Source: Chthonomonadales bacterium (GTDB lineage: Bacteria; Armatimonadota; Chthonomonadetes; Chthonomonadales; CAJBBX01). Taken from it: DNA of 64,000 bases. Shown in pieces: positions 60,891-64,000 of this stretch (the stretch's first letter is position 1; every line of letters begins with the position of its first letter). The stretch covers positions 38,862-102,861 of the forward strand of contig DAIDHP010000008.1 in the NCBI GenBank assembly GCA_027459625.1. The letters are read 5' to 3'. The notes below the pieces were generated by a model. It had not been told where the DNA came from and searched no databases. It saw only the letters and a program-made list of their open reading frames with translations. The position numbers were made by a program, and so were the translations under genes.

Positions 60891-62220
60891 AATTCAGCGA
60901 TGAAAGTTCGCCATAAAGCAGAGGCGTTGATGCGGTTCTTTCTGCTTTGATGACGATGGCACTCCTAAATCTTGCCAATATCTCATCATTCATTAAACCC
61001 ATGGGATCATGCAGCAACGTCAACACCTGGCTCCGTTCCACATAGTCCCCTATGTGGCAGTTCAGCACTATTCCGGCTGAGGGATTAACATCGTTCTCCA
61101 ACTTCGATCGTCCCGCTCCGATCGCCATGGCAATCCGACCGCATTCCCCGGCGTGAATTTGGGTGACATAACCCGGTCGCTCCGCCCGCACCTCGATGAT
61201 GTTATCAGTGGATGGGATAAATTCAGGATGAGCCACAATAGATGGGTCACCCCCCTGAGCGGAAACGATGCGCTCCAAGGAACGTGCTCCATCCCCGGAA
61301 TTAAGGATGCGATCAAATTCTTCGTATCCTTCGTTTATACTTTTCTTCTTGCCTGCGAGCGTCAGACCATTTGCAACCATTTCCCGGCATAATTCCAACA
61401 GCCTTCTATCCGCGCTGTGAGGATACGTTAGGAGTTCGCATGCCTCCCTGACCTCAAGAGCGTTACCCACCGCTCTCCCGAGAGGTTCATCCATATTGGT
61501 GAGAAGAGCCACGGAATCCTTACCCGCCGCCTTTGACACCCGTATAAGCATCCTCGCCAACTCCATCCCTTCATCTAAGGACCGCATAAAAGCGCCTGAT
61601 CCAATCTTTACATCGAAAAGAATCACGTCCGCTCCCACCGCGAGCTTTTTGGAGAGTATGCTTGAAGTTATCAATGGGATGCTGTCCACTGTTGCTGTGA
61701 CATCCCTCAAGGCGTAGAGTCTTTTATCCGCAGGCGACAGGTCGGAGACTTGGCTAACCATTGCGCCGCCCCACCTTTGAACTTGCGCCACAGCCTCTTG
61801 AATGCTCAAACCAGTGCGAAAACCCGGAATGGAGCCAAGCTTATCCGTGGTTCCGCCTGTAAAACCCAGACCGCGCCCGGACATTTTCAATATGGGAACG
61901 CCCGCCGCCGCCAGAATCGGGACGATAACCAGCGTGGTCTTATCCCCCACTCCTCCGGTGCTATGCTTATCCAGCTTTATTCCGGGAATGGAGTCCAGAT
62001 TAAGTGTTCGCCCTGAGTCTCGCATCGCCAGGGTGAGATGAACCACCTCATTGAACGTCATCCCCTTGATGCACACAGCCATAAGCCAGGCGGAAATCTG
62101 ATAATCCGGGATATCATCCTTCATCATCATCGAAAAGAAGGTGCGAATCTCCTCTTCCGAGTGTTCCTTCCCAGCCTTTTTCGCCGCTAAAAAATCATAC
62201 ACGAAATGTTCGCGATTCAT
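60865..62220 (-). CDS. pdp: Pyrimidine-nucleoside (thymidine) phosphorylase
   Basis: DKHSTGGVGDKTTL, SGRGLGFTGGTTDKL and the C-terminal PYNP domain. 26-nt convergent overlap with the phosphoesterase gene. Confidence 0.9.
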   Translation of the reverse strand: MNREHFVYDFLAAKKAGKEHSEEEIRTFFSMMMKDDIPDYQISAWLMAVCIKGMTFNEVVHLTLAMRDSGRTLNLDSIPGIKLDKHSTGGVGDKTTLVIVPILAAAGVPILKMSGRGLGFTGGTTDKLGSIPGFRTGLSIQEAVAQVQRWGGAMVSQVSDLSPADKRLYALRDVTATVDSIPLITSSILSKKLAVGADVILFDVKIGSGAFMRSLDEGMELARMLIRVSKAAGKDSVALLTNMDEPLGRAVGNALEVREACELLTYPHSADRRLLELCREMVANGLTLAGKKKSINEGYEEFDRILNSGDGARSLERIVSAQGGDPSIVAHPEFIPSTDNIIEVRAERPGYVTQIHAGECGRIAMAIGAGRSKLENDVNPSAGIVLNCHIGDYVERSQVLTLLHDPMGLMNDEILARFRSAIVIKAERTASTPLLYGELSSLNSTEEECIP

Positions 62221-63386
62221 CGTCCGCTTATGATACTTTCTCCCACCCCAGTCGCTGGCATATGAAAGATATCGCGCAATGTCGCCGCGATATCCGCAAA
62301 AGTTTTCCGCTCTCCAACCGCCACTCCACCAAGCCTTGGAACACCGTAAGCGAGCAGGAATGCATATTCGCGGCTGTGATCCGTCGATGGCGTGGTGGGG
62401 TCATTGCCATGATCATTTGTCAAAATTAGAATATCATTAGGTCTTAACATTCCCATTATTTTATTAAGAGCGAAATCAAAACTTTCCAAAGCTTGAGCGA
62501 ATCCGTATGTGTCATTACGATGGCCGTAGAGCATATCGAAATCCTCAAGGTTGGCGAATATCAAATCCGACTCGGAATTTTGGAGAGCCTTTAGAATCGC
62601 CTGGAGATGCTCACTGTTGGATGTGGTGGAATCGTAACTCGAAATGTTTCTTCCTGCGAAAAGCTCACGAATCTTGCCGATTGAGTGCGTACGACCTCCA
62701 GCATCGGCAAGTTCATCAAGAAAATTGCTGGGCGGTTCCAATGGGAAATCCTTCCGTCGAGAGGTTCGTTCGAATCGTCCCGGTTCGCCAACGAACGGTC
62801 TGGCGATAACCCTTCCAACCCCATGCTTTCCGCGCAGTTGATCGCGGGCTGTTTTGCAGATTTCATATAGCCTTTCTGGAGGAATGACGTTTTCATGCGC
62901 CGCCACTTGAAAAACGCTATCAGCGGATGTGTAAAGGATCGGCTTGCGGGTTCGCATGTGCTCCACGCCCAGATGCTGGATAATTTCGGTGCCGGAAGCG
63001 GGATAGTTGCCTATTACATCCACCCCGATGGCTTTGGTGAAGGGCTTAATTATCTCGGGAGGGAAACCTTTGGGATAGGTGGGAAAAGGCGATTCAAGTA
63101 TTATCCCCATCATCTCCCAATGTCCTGTGATGGAATCTTTTCCAGAAGATGCCTCTCGCATCCTGCCCCATGCCGCCAATGGAGGCGAAGCGGGGGAAAC
63201 GCCTCTTATGGGGTGGATATTTCCAAGACCCAGTTTCTGAAGATTTGGGAGAGGCAATCCCCCTGTCGCTTGTGCGATGTGCGCCAGCGTATCGCTGCCG
63301 GAATCTCCATATCGAGCGGCATCGGGCAACTCCCCGGCGCCAACGCCATCTAGGACAATCAAGAAAACTCTTGTCTCCCCTATCAT
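62217..63386 (-). CDS. deoB: Phosphopentomutase
   Basis: Start at Met14 (GGAGG RBS). FLIVLDGVGAGE, TNDHGNDPT blocks. ATGA-type overlap with pdp. Confidence 0.9.
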   Translation of the reverse strand: MIGETRVFLIVLDGVGAGELPDAARYGDSGSDTLAHIAQATGGLPLPNLQKLGLGNIHPIRGVSPASPPLAAWGRMREASSGKDSITGHWEMMGIILESPFPTYPKGFPPEIIKPFTKAIGVDVIGNYPASGTEIIQHLGVEHMRTRKPILYTSADSVFQVAAHENVIPPERLYEICKTARDQLRGKHGVGRVIARPFVGEPGRFERTSRRKDFPLEPPSNFLDELADAGGRTHSIGKIRELFAGRNISSYDSTTSNSEHLQAILKALQNSESDLIFANLEDFDMLYGHRNDTYGFAQALESFDFALNKIMGMLRPNDILILTNDHGNDPTTPSTDHSREYAFLLAYGVPRLGGVAVGERKTFADIAATLRDIFHMPATGVGESIISGR

Positions 63387-63426
63387 CTGCGTACCCTCCT
63401 TCAACCGCCGTAAGGATCCATCCATT

Positions 63427-64000
63427 TCATGCGCGAGGATGAGCTTCCCTGTACACCCGTTTCAGACGCTCCATGCCAAGATGCGTGTATATTTGAGTTG
63501 TGGAAAGGCGTGCATGCCCCAGCATCTCCTGTATCGCCCGCAAGTCCGCACCGCCATTGAGGAGATGCGTTGCGAAGGAATGACGGAACATATGCGGGGT
63601 GATGCGTTGCTCCAAACCGGAATGTTTGGCGTGAAGTTTAATCCTGCGCCAAGCGCCTTGTCGTGACAAATGGCTCCCGCGATTTCCGATGAAGACCCAA
63701 CGCTCCTTTGGCATATGATTCGTGCGTCGTGATACCATATCATAATACCTCTGCAACCAAACGCAAGCGGGCGCTCCAATCGGAATAATCCTTTCCTTTC
63801 CTCCTTTGCCTTTGCATCTGACCATCCCGCGCTTCAGATCGATCATATCCCAACTAATTCCAACCGCCTCGCTGATACGCATTCCGGAAGCGTATAAAAG
63901 CTCCATTAGAGCTCTGTCCCGTATATCGACAAGGGGCAAGCCTTTGGTACGTTGTAACAGCCTCTTCATTTTCGGTACGGATAGCGCAGAAGGCAATTGC
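63427..64000 (-). CDS. Tyrosine recombinase, XerC/XerD family, C-terminal catalytic part; the N-terminus is outside the window
   Basis: RDRALMELLYASGMRISE, HMFRHSFATHLL, LGHARLSTTQIYTH catalytic R..H.R..Y pattern. The frame is open to the window edge. Confidence 0.85.
   Translation of the reverse strand, partial: QLPSALSVPKMKRLLQRTKGLPLVDIRDRALMELLYASGMRISEAVGISWDMIDLKRGMVRCKGKGGKERIIPIGAPACVWLQRYYDMVSRRTNHMPKERWVFIGNRGSHLSRQGAWRRIKLHAKHSGLEQRITPHMFRHSFATHLLNGGADLRAIQEMLGHARLSTTQIYTHLGMERLKRVYREAHPRA

Overview
This is a chromosomal, mostly housekeeping window with about 55 protein-coding genes on both strands. I found no rRNA, tRNA or tmRNA, no CRISPR array, and no transposase or phage genes. 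The only recombinase is a partial XerC/D-type gene at the right edge.

Gene content, left to right:
- apgM fragment
- RDD / SpoIIM-like / DUF58 membrane module plus a secreted HExxH protein
- AraR-type regulator
- smpB
- pgpH-ybeY-dgkA(PAP2 fusion)-CNNM/CorC operon
- LptF/G-type permease coupled to an LptD-like outer-membrane protein
- amidase-GerMN-murI operon
- SGNH hydrolase
- hybrid histidine kinase
- carbohydrate genes: GH16, GH2 lacZ-like, tandem DUF1080, an epimerase
- HIT-kdsB
- a solitary atpG
- an AraC-controlled cupin/AKR/ADH trio
- a 1033-aa unknown protein
- SDR / TIGR04076 / decayed B12-radical-SAM cluster
- cdaA-cdaR followed by a membrane protein and a DUF4129 protein
- solitary ruvA
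- panB-panC followed by a ParB-like gene
- deoB-pdp
- xerC/D fragment

LPS genes occur alongside Firmicutes-like local syntenies, GerMN/SpoIIM-like domains, many glycosidase-type genes and scattered single 'operon' genes. That mix suggests a diderm Terrabacteria lineage such as Armatimonadota. This is a guess and needs a database search.

All family calls are by motif recognition from memory; no search was run. Several starts were moved inward from the ORF track on RBS, signal-peptide or family N-terminus grounds.

I did not find a convincing self-contained novel system, and there is no defence-island signature. The most checkable oddities are:
1. A B12-binding radical SAM gene interrupted by three in-frame TGA codons spaced exactly 18 nt apart, and then truncated.
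2. A consensus sigma70 promoter with a 200-nt leader bracketed by a 10-nt direct repeat in front of pgpH.
3. A solitary atpG followed by two coupled unknown small genes.
4. A split, MoxR-less RDD/SpoIIM/DUF58 ... DUF4129 module.
5. A ParB-like gene apparently co-transcribed with panBC.
6. An SDR with His at the catalytic Tyr position.
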